From the NCBI GenBank assembly GCA_002687175.1, contig NYZP01000002.1, positions 1,171 through 65,170 of the forward strand: DNA of 64,000 nt. Direction: 5' to 3'. This document shows, in pieces, positions 29,617-39,185 of this stretch; the stretch's first letter is position 1; the number at the start of each line of letters is the position of its first letter. This DNA comes from Parcubacteria group bacterium (GTDB lineage: Bacteria; Patescibacteriota; Patescibacteriia; Buchananbacterales; UBA6539). The notes beneath the pieces were generated by a model. That model was not told the origin of the DNA, did not search any database, and saw nothing but the letters and a program-made list of their open reading frames with translations. A program made the position numbers and the translations under genes.

Positions 29617-29757
29617 AAAAAACTGCCTGTCCAAGCAGATTATTTTGTACCAACTTAGTAAAAAGGTAATCAACCTGGACTAGAAGTCCGGTTTCCTAAC
29701 CTTTCCGTCGGAGACGAGATGCGCCTTCGGCGATTTGTTGTTAGCACAGTAATTCAT
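29617..29757 (-). promoter_or_regulatory. Candidate structured leader / attenuator upstream of dapA
   Basis: TTGACG-17-TAATCT promoter, multi-stem GC-rich segment, terminator CTGCTT-GGAC-AGGCAG-TTTTTT and a competing antiterminator pairing. Confidence 0.5.
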
Positions 29758-29818
29758 ATAATTAGATTATCATTACCCTAGTTTTTCGTCAATATAAATG
29801 TTAAAATATGAGTAAATT

Positions 29819-32188
29819 ATGTATTTGCACAAGATAGAAATCCAGGGATTTAAATCATTTGCCCAAAAAACTACTTTAGAATTTCCACGGCCTGGAGCAG
29901 GCTGTGCTTTAATTATAAACGGTGAAACAACCAACAAAGGCACTCAACTAAAAGACGGAACTTGTGGCATTGCCTGTGTCGTTGGCCCTAACGGTGCTGG
30001 TAAATCAAACATTGTTGATGCCATTCGCTGGGTTTTGGGTGAACAAAGTTTAAAAAGCCTCCGTGGTAAAAAAGCGGAGGATGTTATTTTTTCTGGTTCA
30101 GAGCAGAAGTCTCGTTTAGGTATGGCTCAGGTATCAATGTATATTAACAATGAAGATGGGGCGATGCCCGTTGATTATAAAGAAGTGACAATTTCTCGAA
30201 AGGTATTTCGTAATGGAGAAAGTGAATACCGAATTAACAAAAGTAAAGTCCGTTTGGCTGATGTGTTGTTGCTAGTAGCCAAATCAAACTTTGGCCAGAA
30301 AAGTTACAGTATTGTTTCTCAAGGGTCGATTGATCAAGTGATTATGGCTAACCCCCACGAACGTAAAGATTATTTCGATGAAGCTGTTGGAGTTAAACAG
30401 TTTCAGTTGCAACGTGATCAGTCTCTCAATAAATTAGAAAGTGCTTGGAATAATTTACGTCAGGTTGATGCCTTATTGACGGAAATCAAACCTCGGCTTA
30501 ATTCTTTAACTCGTCAGGTAAAACGTTTAGAAAAAAGAGAGAAGGTAGAGGCCGAGCTGAAAGATGTTCAACAAAAATATTATGGTTGGCAGTGGCAGAA
30601 ATTGAGCCAAGAGATTAAAAAATTAAAGCCCGATCTAGACGAAGGTGAGAAGAACTTGTCCGACCGAACTAAGGAACTCAAAGACTTACAAAAGCAGCTA
30701 CAGTCTTTAGAGAAAGAAGATTCTCGTAGTAAAGTATTTAATGATTTACAACAAAAATATCAAAAGGTTTTAGATCAAAGGAATAAGCTTAAAGAAGAGC
30801 AATTAATTTTACAAAACAAGATTGAGCTGGCTAAACAACGCTTAACCGAAAAAGCCGTTCCCATGGCATTACCGGAGATTGTCAGCAGCCTAAAAGATAT
30901 CGATAAGCTGGAACAAAAAATAATTAGTAGTTTAGATTCGAAAGATTTAGCTAAGCAATCTCAACTTAAAGAAGATGTTAAAGAGCTGGGTCGGTTAATT
31001 AAAGATATTCTGGATAAGTTAGAAAACCCAAAAGTTAAACAACAGGTTAAAGCTGACCTTGATAAAGATTTGGTAAATGATCTTAAAGAAGTAGAAAAAG
31101 ATTTTACAACGATTGAACATCAGTTGGATCAGGCCAGAAAGGCCGTTGATAATTTTAACCAGCAAGAAGAGCAGAAAAAGGGAAAGTTTTTTGATATCCA
31201 GCACAAAATTAACAGTAAGCAAAATCAGTACAATAAATTAGCCGGTGAAGTTTCAGAAATGCGGGTGGAGATGGCTAAGCTGGAAACTCATCAACAAGAT
31301 TTAAAGCGAGAGATTCGAGAAGAAATGAATAGTACCAGTTGGCTAGAGGGCAATAAAGCTGAAAGAGTGAATGAAGAAGAACAGCACTCAGAAATGATTA
31401 GACTAAAACGTCAGCTAGAGCTTATTGGAGGGGTTGATCCGGAAACAATAAAAGAACACAAAGAAACCAAGGAACGACATGATTTTTTGGATGAACAGGC
31501 CGAAGATCTGCGCAAGTCCATTAACTCACTGGAGAAAATTATTAACGAACTTGATGATAAAATTCAGGTTCAGTTTGATCACGCTTTTAAAAGTATTAAT
31601 AAAGAGTTCTCCAAGTTTTTCAAAATATTATTTGGCGGTGGTAAGGCTGAACTGATGTTGATTAAAGAAGAAAATAAACCAGAAGAGAAGTCTCAGCTAG
31701 TTAATGAGGGAGAAGAAGGGGTTGAAGGAGATCCTGAAACAAGTTCAGGATCAATTTTACAAACTTTAACTGAGGCTGAAGATAATTTAAGTCCTAAGAG
31801 ACTTTTAAAGAAAAAAACCGGCAAGGTTATTGCTGGCATTGATATTATTGCCACGCCTCCGGGCAAGAAGGTATCGTCAATCAGCATGCTTTCAGGTGGT
31901 GAACGGTCATTGTCTTCGATTGCTTTGATCTGTGCAGTGATTGCTAATAACCCGTCACCATTTGTTATTTTAGACGAAGTTGATGCCGCTTTAGACGAAG
32001 CCAACTCGCAGAGGTTTGCTAAGATATTAAATGAACTGGCTCATAAAACTCAATTCATTGTTATTACCCACAACCGGGCCACTATGCACCAGGCCGATAT
32101 TTTGTATGGGGTAACTATTGGCGATGATGGTATTTCTAAATTAATTGGTTTAAAACTTGAACAGGCCAAGCAGATTGTGAGGCAATAA
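29819..32188 (+). CDS. smc: SMC-family chromosome segregation ATPase (short form)
   Basis: [32 protein letters not shown]; coiled coils between the head halves. Confidence 0.92.
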   Translation: MYLHKIEIQGFKSFAQKTTLEFPRPGAGCALIINGETTNKGTQLKDGTCGIACVVGPNGAGKSNIVDAIRWVLGEQSLKSLRGKKAEDVIFSGSEQKSRLGMAQVSMYINNEDGAMPVDYKEVTISRKVFRNGESEYRINKSKVRLADVLLLVAKSNFGQKSYSIVSQGSIDQVIMANPHERKDYFDEAVGVKQFQLQRDQSLNKLESAWNNLRQVDALLTEIKPRLNSLTRQVKRLEKREKVEAELKDVQQKYYGWQWQKLSQEIKKLKPDLDEGEKNLSDRTKELKDLQKQLQSLEKEDSRSKVFNDLQQKYQKVLDQRNKLKEEQLILQNKIELAKQRLTEKAVPMALPEIVSSLKDIDKLEQKIISSLDSKDLAKQSQLKEDVKELGRLIKDILDKLENPKVKQQVKADLDKDLVNDLKEVEKDFTTIEHQLDQARKAVDNFNQQEEQKKGKFFDIQHKINSKQNQYNKLAGEVSEMRVEMAKLETHQQDLKREIREEMNSTSWLEGNKAERVNEEEQHSEMIRLKRQLELIGGVDPETIKEHKETKERHDFLDEQAEDLRKSINSLEKIINELDDKIQVQFDHAFKSINKEFSKFFKILFGGGKAELMLIKEENKPEEKSQLVNEGEEGVEGDPETSSGSILQTLTEAEDNLSPKRLLKKKTGKVIAGIDIIATPPGKKVSSISMLSGGERSLSSIALICAVIANNPSPFVILDEVDAALDEANSQRFAKILNELAHKTQFIVITHNRATMHQADILYGVTIGDDGISKLIGLKLEQAKQIVRQ

Positions 32189-32230
32189 AGAATTTAATTT
32201 TATTTAATAACTAATTTCATAATTAAATAT

Positions 32231-32662
32231 ATGACTAAACAATCAAAAAGTATTCTAATTTTTCTTGCAGTTGTTTTAATAATTGTAGCAGCAGTTTATA
32301 GTTTTTATTTAGCGCCAAACCGGCAACAAGCGAATAATCAAGTTGAAACGGAAGTAATTCTAGACCCCGTCAGAATTAGTCAGGAAGTTGCTGAGGGAAG
32401 TGCGGTATTGCTAGATGTTCGTACAGCATTGGAGCTTCAGGAAGATGGTTTTGCAGTAAGCTCAACTCATTTTGATTTAGTTCGGTTGCAAAATGGTGAG
32501 TTACCAAATATTAGTAAAGAGATAAAAATTTATACTTATTGTAAAGCCGGAGGTAGAGCTGGAAAAGCTGAAATTATTTTGGAAGAAAATGGATTTATCG
32601 ATGTTGTTAACATCGGAGGCCTCGTTGATTGGATTGATAGTGGAGGACAAATTATAAAATAA
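32231..32662 (+). CDS. Rhodanese-like domain protein, membrane anchored
   Basis: LLDVRT, YCKAGGRA, GGLVDW. Confidence 0.88.
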   Translation: MTKQSKSILIFLAVVLIIVAAVYSFYLAPNRQQANNQVETEVILDPVRISQEVAEGSAVLLDVRTALELQEDGFAVSSTHFDLVRLQNGELPNISKEIKIYTYCKAGGRAGKAEIILEENGFIDVVNIGGLVDWIDSGGQIIK

Positions 32663-32716
32663 TTTATTTTACAACCTAAACTCCCCTCCCGAGAGTTTTT
32701 AGGTTATAATAAGTTA

Positions 32717-33220
32717 ATGAAAAAAGTATTGGTTATTGGTTCAAATGGATCAGGAAAATCTACCTTTGCTAACAAGCTTAGCCGGAAGATAAGACTTCCT
32801 TTAATTCATCTTGATCAGCACTACTGGAAACCGGGTTGGCAGAGAACATCTAAGGAGGAGTGGCGCACAAAAGTCACCAGATTACTTCAAAAAGATTCCT
32901 GGATCATGGATGGCAACTACCAAAGCTCGCTTGATATTAGGATACCTGCCAGTGATACAATCATTTGGCTTGATTTGAATCGCTTTGTCTGTTTATGGCG
33001 AGTCCTGAAAAGAAAATTGTTGCAAGATAGAGTTGATAAGCTAAATGGTTGCCAGGAAAGAGTTGACATTCATTTTATAAAGTGGATTTTATGGAATTAC
33101 CCCAGACACGATAAACCAGAAATTAGAAGATTAATAGCAAAACATAAACATAAACAAATCTTTGTCCTAAAGTCACAGCAGAACACTAAGAATCTGCTTG
33201 ACTCCCTTAGTAATAATTAA
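32717..33220 (+). CDS. Adenylate-kinase-like P-loop protein (topology modulation/FlaR family)
   Basis: GSNGSGKST, HLDQHYWKPGW, WIMDGNY. Confidence 0.85.
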   Translation: MKKVLVIGSNGSGKSTFANKLSRKIRLPLIHLDQHYWKPGWQRTSKEEWRTKVTRLLQKDSWIMDGNYQSSLDIRIPASDTIIWLDLNRFVCLWRVLKRKLLQDRVDKLNGCQERVDIHFIKWILWNYPRHDKPEIRRLIAKHKHKQIFVLKSQQNTKNLLDSLSNN

Positions 33221-33222
33221 CT

Positions 33223-35007
33223 ATGTCATTTAAAGATAGTCCAGTAATATTTTTAACCCGCAAGACTTGGCAATACTCCAAGGGCAACCGACGTAACGTC
33301 GTGCTGTACATGGGGCTTTTTTTGATTGCCAACAGCATAAACTTTTTTGAACCTTTACTAGTTGGCCGATTACTTAATATTATTCAAGAACAAGGTGTCA
33401 ACAGCGAGAGTTTGCCAAGCTTAATAGGTACTATTTCATTATTTCTGGCTATTACGGTGGGCTTTTGGATGTTTCATGGTCCGGCTAGAGTGATTGAACT
33501 TAAAAATGCTTTCCTCGTTCGTGCCAACTTCAAGAAATATTTGTTAGACGGGACCATGGATCTACCTACTGAATGGCACACTGATCACCATTCCGGAGAT
33601 ACTATTGATAAGGTAGAAAAAGCCACCACCGCTCTCTATGAATATGCCGGGGATACGTTTGAAGTGATAGACACCATCATTAGGCTACTGGGTTCTTACA
33701 TTGTTTTAAGCTATTTTAATCTTCATTCCAGCTACATTGTTGCCTTCATGGTAGTGTTTACGGTTATTTTAATTTTTAAGTTTGATAAGACTCTGGTTAA
33801 ACAGTACAGTGAACTTTATAAAGCGGAAAATAGAATTGCTGCCAAGATTTTTGATGTTATCAGCAACATCTCAACTGTTATTATTCTACGAATTGAAAGT
33901 TTAGTTTCCAAATCAATTTATCAAAAAGTAATGCAGCCGTTTAGACTTTATTCTAAAAACACCATCCTTAGCGAATCAAAATGGTTATTGGTGTCGGTCA
34001 GTAGTTCAGTAATGATATTTTTGGTGTTGTCATCTTATTTATATTTTAATGTCACTGCCGGTACGACAATTATGATTGGCACAGTCTACATATTATATGG
34101 CTATGTCCAGAGGGTGAACGGTATTTTCTTTAGAGTGGCTTATTTATATAATCGGATTGTTAGACAAAGGACAGCTGTTTATAATGTAGAGGAAATTAGT
34201 AGTAGATTTGAAAATAGAGCCGAACGTACGGCTGGAAATTTAAACAAACAATGGTCAGAACTGCAAATCAAAGATTTGAATTTTTCTTACCACACCAAGG
34301 AAGGTGAAGATCTTCACTTAGATAATGTTAAGTTAGGCATAAAGCGTAATAGTCACACCGCTTTGGTTGGTGAAAGTGGTAGCGGTAAAACAACCTTACT
34401 GAAAATTATTCGAGAATTATATAAAGCCAAGAATGTTAAAGTTTATCTAGATGGTCAAAAGCTTAAAGATGGTTTTAGTTCAATTAGTTCAGACATAACA
34501 TTGATTCCTCAAGATCCGGAAATTTTTACTACCACTATTTTAGAAAATATCACGGTCGGTGTTGAACACAAGTTGTCCTACGTCAAAAAATTTACTGACA
34601 TGGCTCGCTTTACCGAGGTGGCTGAAAGTTTGCCTAAAAAATTTAATTCTTCCATTGTTGAAAGAGGGGTTAATTTAAGTGGTGGTGAGAAACAGCGCCT
34701 GGCATTGGCTCGTGGACTAATGGCTGGTGATGATAAACAAATTATATTGCTCGATGAACCTACCAGTAGTGTTGATTTTGCTAATGAGTGGGAGATTTTT
34801 CAAAATATTTTTGCCGGGTTTAAAGACAAGACCATTATTGCCTCGGTTCATCGTCTTCACCTGCTCCCCCTGTTTGATCAGATCTATTATTTTAAATCCG
34901 GTAAAATAATTGCTGCTGGTAGCTTTGATGAACTTATCAAAAATTCCAAGCCGTTCATTACAGCTTGGAATAAGTATGATAAGAACAAGAATAGCTCCAG
35001 TAATTAA
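33223..35007 (+). CDS. ABC transporter, fused permease/ATPase
   Basis: TM domain; GESGSGKT, LSGGEKQR, LLDEPT. Confidence 0.93.
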   Translation: MSFKDSPVIFLTRKTWQYSKGNRRNVVLYMGLFLIANSINFFEPLLVGRLLNIIQEQGVNSESLPSLIGTISLFLAITVGFWMFHGPARVIELKNAFLVRANFKKYLLDGTMDLPTEWHTDHHSGDTIDKVEKATTALYEYAGDTFEVIDTIIRLLGSYIVLSYFNLHSSYIVAFMVVFTVILIFKFDKTLVKQYSELYKAENRIAAKIFDVISNISTVIILRIESLVSKSIYQKVMQPFRLYSKNTILSESKWLLVSVSSSVMIFLVLSSYLYFNVTAGTTIMIGTVYILYGYVQRVNGIFFRVAYLYNRIVRQRTAVYNVEEISSRFENRAERTAGNLNKQWSELQIKDLNFSYHTKEGEDLHLDNVKLGIKRNSHTALVGESGSGKTTLLKIIRELYKAKNVKVYLDGQKLKDGFSSISSDITLIPQDPEIFTTTILENITVGVEHKLSYVKKFTDMARFTEVAESLPKKFNSSIVERGVNLSGGEKQRLALARGLMAGDDKQIILLDEPTSSVDFANEWEIFQNIFAGFKDKTIIASVHRLHLLPLFDQIYYFKSGKIIAAGSFDELIKNSKPFITAWNKYDKNKNSSSN

Positions 35008-35052
35008 CCAAAGAAAAAAGCTCGATACCTTATGGTGTTCGAGCTTGTGTGA

Positions 35053-36072
35053 TCAGGCTTGAATGTATAGGCCTGTTTTTTGGTCTTCTTCAACGCCGGG
35101 AGCTTCGATGATTTCACTTTCTTCAAGAAGCCAGTCAACTGCATCTTGAGTTTTATCGTCACAGTCATTTTGACTGACGTCGGACGACAAGGTCCATCTT
35201 TTGGTGCCTACTAAGTAGATCCGCTCAGAAATTTCGGTTACTCCGATGCCGTCAGGCATATTCTCTACTATAATGTCCAGGACAACCGCTTGCCACTCTT
35301 CTTCGGTTTCGATAATAAGTGATTTTCCGCTATAACCGCTGGCACCAGAGCTATCACTTGAAGCACCATTATCGTTGGTGCTTGTACCATAATCTTCAAC
35401 AGCAAAAGGATCAACTTCGTCTTCACCGTTGTCATTCCCGTCATCAAGAGCAAGGCGTTGCCAAACGGCAGGACCCCGGCCATAACTGTCAACCAACCCT
35501 TTTCCTTTAAGCACTTGTAAGAGGCTAGAAACTCGGGAACCAATGGTGAATTGTTTACCATTTTTTGGATGGAATGAATCATCGCCAGCCAACTGCTCTA
35601 CAATTTGAGCATTGGTAATTCCACTCCCATCACTTGGCATCAAGTAGTAAACCCTGGCTTCTTTGGAGTTTGGGTTCAGCCCAATGCCGTTCAAATCAGA
35701 CTGACCGTTTTTCTCGAGCTGCAGATACTTCTCCCAGGCCTTGGCTTCAGCCCACAAGGCTTGATTTTTACCCCGGCCATTACTTTGAACATCTCCAGCC
35801 CTTTTTAATCGTTGGAGGATGTAGTGAACACCGGATTTTAGATCTTCACGATCACCACCTTGAGAATTAAAGGCTTCATCGTCAACTGCCCAGTCGAGAA
35901 TTTGAGAGGTTGTAGTTTCCTTACCTAGATTGAAAAGAAATAAGTAAAGCAGAGCAGTTCGGTAGAGTTGTTTCCCTGGTTTGAATTTGACGTAGTAGGT
36001 CAATTTCTTTTCAGAGGCCCCTTCCTGTTCAGGGGCTAATGCTTTGTCAGTAGCTCCCTTTTCAGGTTGCAT
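35053..36072 (-). CDS. Hypothetical protein with repeated winged-helix-like modules
   Basis: Two similar segments (LQRLKRAGDVQSNGRG..ALW / LQVLKGKGLVDSYGRG.AVW), acidic linker and a third module. Confidence 0.65.
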   Translation of the reverse strand: MQPEKGATDKALAPEQEGASEKKLTYYVKFKPGKQLYRTALLYLFLFNLGKETTTSQILDWAVDDEAFNSQGGDREDLKSGVHYILQRLKRAGDVQSNGRGKNQALWAEAKAWEKYLQLEKNGQSDLNGIGLNPNSKEARVYYLMPSDGSGITNAQIVEQLAGDDSFHPKNGKQFTIGSRVSSLLQVLKGKGLVDSYGRGPAVWQRLALDDGNDNGEDEVDPFAVEDYGTSTNDNGASSDSSGASGYSGKSLIIETEEEWQAVVLDIIVENMPDGIGVTEISERIYLVGTKRWTLSSDVSQNDCDDKTQDAVDWLLEESEIIEAPGVEEDQKTGLYIQA

Positions 36073-36240
36073 AGTATGTTTCTCCCTGGTTGGTTGAGGG
36101 TAAATTGTTGAAGAGCTTATTTATTAAAGAATGAACTGGTTTTAATCTAGAACAATTATTTGGTTAAGTCAATCAACATAATTACTTACTGTATTTAAAA
36201 AACCCTGACCAATGTCAGGGTAGATGTTGTAAAACTTATT

Positions 36241-36645
36241 TTAGCCTGCTGATTTATTCAATTCAGTCATTATGCAGGGACCACCGTAAACGCAGTTTAT
36301 TTTTTTTTCGGCACAAAAATCAATCGCTTCTTGATTCTCGCTCCCCTCCTGTAACCAAACATTTTCAATGGTGCTGTCTTGGGCAACTTCTTTCAAGACT
36401 TTTAATGTTTGGTCTGGTGGCACGACAAAGACTACGACATTAACTATTACTGGTACATCTAAAACACTGGCATAACAATCTTCACCCAGAATTTCTGGCG
36501 TTTTTAGATTAATTGGAAAAACCATTCTTTTGCTTTCCAGAATGGCTTTAAACACCTTATGACCGTATTTCTCATCATTATTAGTAGCACCGACCACAGC
36601 AAAGGTGTTTCCTTTATTAATCATTTCTTTGATTAATTCTTCCAT
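36241..36645 (-). CDS. CoA-binding protein (YccU-like)
   Basis: FAVVGAT..KYG, VWLQEGS, CIM. Confidence 0.88.
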   Translation of the reverse strand: MEELIKEMINKGNTFAVVGATNNDEKYGHKVFKAILESKRMVFPINLKTPEILGEDCYASVLDVPVIVNVVVFVVPPDQTLKVLKEVAQDSTIENVWLQEGSENQEAIDFCAEKKINCVYGGPCIMTELNKSAG

Positions 36646-36682
36646 ATAAATAATTTATAGTTTTTTTTATCTTTTGTCTACA

Positions 36683-37903
36683 TTAAACAGTAAATTTTCC
36701 GTCCTTATATATTACTTTTTGTTTGCCATTTTTAAGAGTGGCGGTAACAGTTCGTTTAGAGGTGGAAATTATATCAGTATGAACTGAACTGTCATTAAAG
36801 CCCAGTTTTTTCCATTGAGCTTTAGTAGTTTTAGCAATGTTACCGGAATAGGCATCATTGTAAGAAGCGCCTAAAGCAATATGAGTATTACCATATGGTC
36901 CACCAATATTTTCGTCATATAATGTCTCGGCCATGAATTTGGAAATTTTAGAGAAACGTTTATCGGTTAAAGAAAATTCACCAACCTTGTTAGCATTAGG
37001 GGTGTCAATCATATGTTTTAAAACGGCATAATTTTTTTTAGCTTTACTGTTGACTACTTTGCCATTTTTAAATTCTAGTTCAATGCCCGTGATTAAATTA
37101 CCATAACGATATAATGGTTGATCAAATTTAATCCAACCATTAGTGCCCCGCCAATCAGGCGAGGTAAAAATTTCAAAGCTAGGAATGTTGGCCCCGCGGC
37201 CACCAAGGAACCTTCTTTTTTCTCCCAATTTAATATTTAGGTCAACGTCTGGTCCTTTGACATTAATGATGTCAATATTAAGGTTGTTCAACTTGGTAAT
37301 AGTTTTTTGAATTTGAGAGGTAACAGCTTTCCATTTTTTAACTGGCGCGCCATCTCGTAAAAAACAGGCTTTAATAATCTCATTCCAATATTCATTTAAA
37401 CTCAGTCCAGCCTCTTTGGCCATTTCCGGGGTACCATACAAAGCCAAGGTCCAAGTGAATCTACCTTTGTTTTCCTTATCCCGTCGCCAGTCCATGTAGG
37501 GTTTAAAGGCTTCGCCACGTTTCATTATTTTTTTAGGATCAACGCCTTTGAGGGCTTGTTTGTCTGTTTCGGAAATTATAAAAATAGAGTGATCAACTTC
37601 ATCAATTAATCCACGAAGATATTTTTTTGGGAAAAAAGATAACTGCTGGTCATTAGCATAATAATAAAATTCACGATCATAAGGATGTTTCTTGTCCGAG
37701 TCAGGCCGAAAGTCAGTAATGGCGTGACCACCAGCTTTAAGAATGGCTCGTCGTAAAGCCATTAACATTGGCTTGGCATATTCATAAACAATAACGTATA
37801 CCGTGTCGCCAGGTTTAATCCCCTTGCCACCGTTAAGGGCAAAGTTAACCAGGACGTCAGCATAGTTGTCTAATATTTTTTGAGAGGGGGAATAATTTTT
37901 CAT
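36683..37903 (-). CDS. Aminopeptidase, M29 (AmpS/aminopeptidase T) family
   Basis: NIPSFEIFTSP, GEFSL, LYDEN, HIALG, SSVHTD. Confidence 0.92.
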   Translation of the reverse strand: MKNYSPSQKILDNYADVLVNFALNGGKGIKPGDTVYVIVYEYAKPMLMALRRAILKAGGHAITDFRPDSDKKHPYDREFYYYANDQQLSFFPKKYLRGLIDEVDHSIFIISETDKQALKGVDPKKIMKRGEAFKPYMDWRRDKENKGRFTWTLALYGTPEMAKEAGLSLNEYWNEIIKACFLRDGAPVKKWKAVTSQIQKTITKLNNLNIDIINVKGPDVDLNIKLGEKRRFLGGRGANIPSFEIFTSPDWRGTNGWIKFDQPLYRYGNLITGIELEFKNGKVVNSKAKKNYAVLKHMIDTPNANKVGEFSLTDKRFSKISKFMAETLYDENIGGPYGNTHIALGASYNDAYSGNIAKTTKAQWKKLGFNDSSVHTDIISTSKRTVTATLKNGKQKVIYKDGKFTV

Positions 37904-38093
37904 GAGTACATTATAGCACAACTTTTACAGTGGGTTGACTTTATTAAGTATCTATGTAATACTACCTTTACTTTAGTACCTAGTACTAATAAGGAAAAGT
38001 CGTCGCTCGCGGTTCCGGCGAACCACCTTGACTGGCGAGTCAGGTAAAATGGAACCATTATTAATTCATTAGGTATTTTTTTATTATAAAATT

Positions 38094-38603
38094 ATGCTAA
38101 AAATACGATTAGCCCGAGTGGGCAAAAAGAAAAAACCTACTTATCGATTCATTGTTTCTGAATCTGCTCGAGATCCTTTTGGTAAAGCCTTAGAAATTTT
38201 AGGTCACTATAATCCTTTTTCCAAGGTGATTGATGTAAAAAAGGACAGAATTTTACACTGGATATCTAAAGGAGCTCAAGTTTCGCCAACGGTTCATAAT
38301 TTACTTGTTGACCAAAATGTTTTAGAGGGTGATAAAATTAGAGCTTCGAAATCAAAGAAAAAGAAAAAGGGCGGTACTGAAAAATCAGACAAACCTGCTG
38401 AAGGTGAGACTAAGCCAGAAGAATCAAAGGAAGAACCTAAAAAAGAGGAAAAGCCAGAAGAAAAGAAAGAAGAAGCTCCAAAGTTTGTGGAAGCTCCTGC
38501 GGAAACTAAGGACAAGGCAAAGGAAGAAGTTAAGGAAGATAAGGCTGATTCAAAACCTGCAGAGGTTAAGAATAAAGATAAAAAAGAAGATAAAACAGAG
38601 TAG
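38094..38603 (+). CDS. rpsP: 30S ribosomal protein S16 with K/E-rich C-terminal extension
   Basis: MLKIRLARVGKKKKPTYR, LGHYNP, WISKGAQ. Confidence 0.96.
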   Translation: MLKIRLARVGKKKKPTYRFIVSESARDPFGKALEILGHYNPFSKVIDVKKDRILHWISKGAQVSPTVHNLLVDQNVLEGDKIRASKSKKKKKGGTEKSDKPAEGETKPEESKEEPKKEEKPEEKKEEAPKFVEAPAETKDKAKEEVKEDKADSKPAEVKNKDKKEDKTE

Positions 38604-38766
38604 CAAACTTGACAAATTGATTATTTGTGATATAATGTTTCTATTCCTTGAAAACAGGAATTGGTACCACACTGTTTTTCTAAGCAACCACTTGGTTGTC
38701 TGGGAAGGTCGGCAGTGCTGGTTGTACTGTAAGTAATTTACCCTAACTTTTATAAGTTGAGGTAAT

Positions 38767-39105
38767 ATGGTGGATAGATCTATGGCTGCAAAGCATGACG
38801 ATCAAGAATTTGTCGAATACCTAGTCAGAGCCATCGTTGGCAATCCTGACGACGTAAAGACAGAGAGAGCCGTTGATGAGATGGGAGTATTAATTACTCT
38901 GCATCTAAACCCAGCTGACATGGGCTATGTCATTGGCCGACAAGGTCAAACAGCTCGTGCTATTCGAACCCTACTTAAGATTGTAGGTGCTAAGAATAAC
39001 GCCCGAGTAAATTTGAAGATCCATGAACCGGAAGGTTCACAGCGACCTTCAAAACCAACTGAAACTCAAGCTGATACTTCAGTTGTTGATGATCTTAAAA
39101 TCTAA
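38767..39105 (+). CDS. khpA: KH domain RNA-binding protein
   Basis: DMGYVIGRQGQTARAIRTLL; rpsP-khpA-trmD synteny. Confidence 0.9.
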   Translation: MVDRSMAAKHDDQEFVEYLVRAIVGNPDDVKTERAVDEMGVLITLHLNPADMGYVIGRQGQTARAIRTLLKIVGAKNNARVNLKIHEPEGSQRPSKPTETQADTSVVDDLKI

Positions 39106-39185
39106 CTTAGATTTTCAACAAAACCCCGCTACATGAGCGGGGTTTTGTTTTTGATAATTTATATGTATAATTCTTATTAGAGTAT

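Noticed and set aside
29640-29740. Lysine, glycine, Moco or guanidine-III riboswitch identity for the dapA leader
   Set aside because: Only short words match (GCCGAAGG, GAAAGG, GACGAGATGCGCC); order, length or strand do not fit, so it is reported as unclassified.
38340-38603. Low-complexity tails on S16 (also HU C-terminus and GyrA N-terminus)
   Set aside because: Such charged extensions are common and show no DNA repeat structure.
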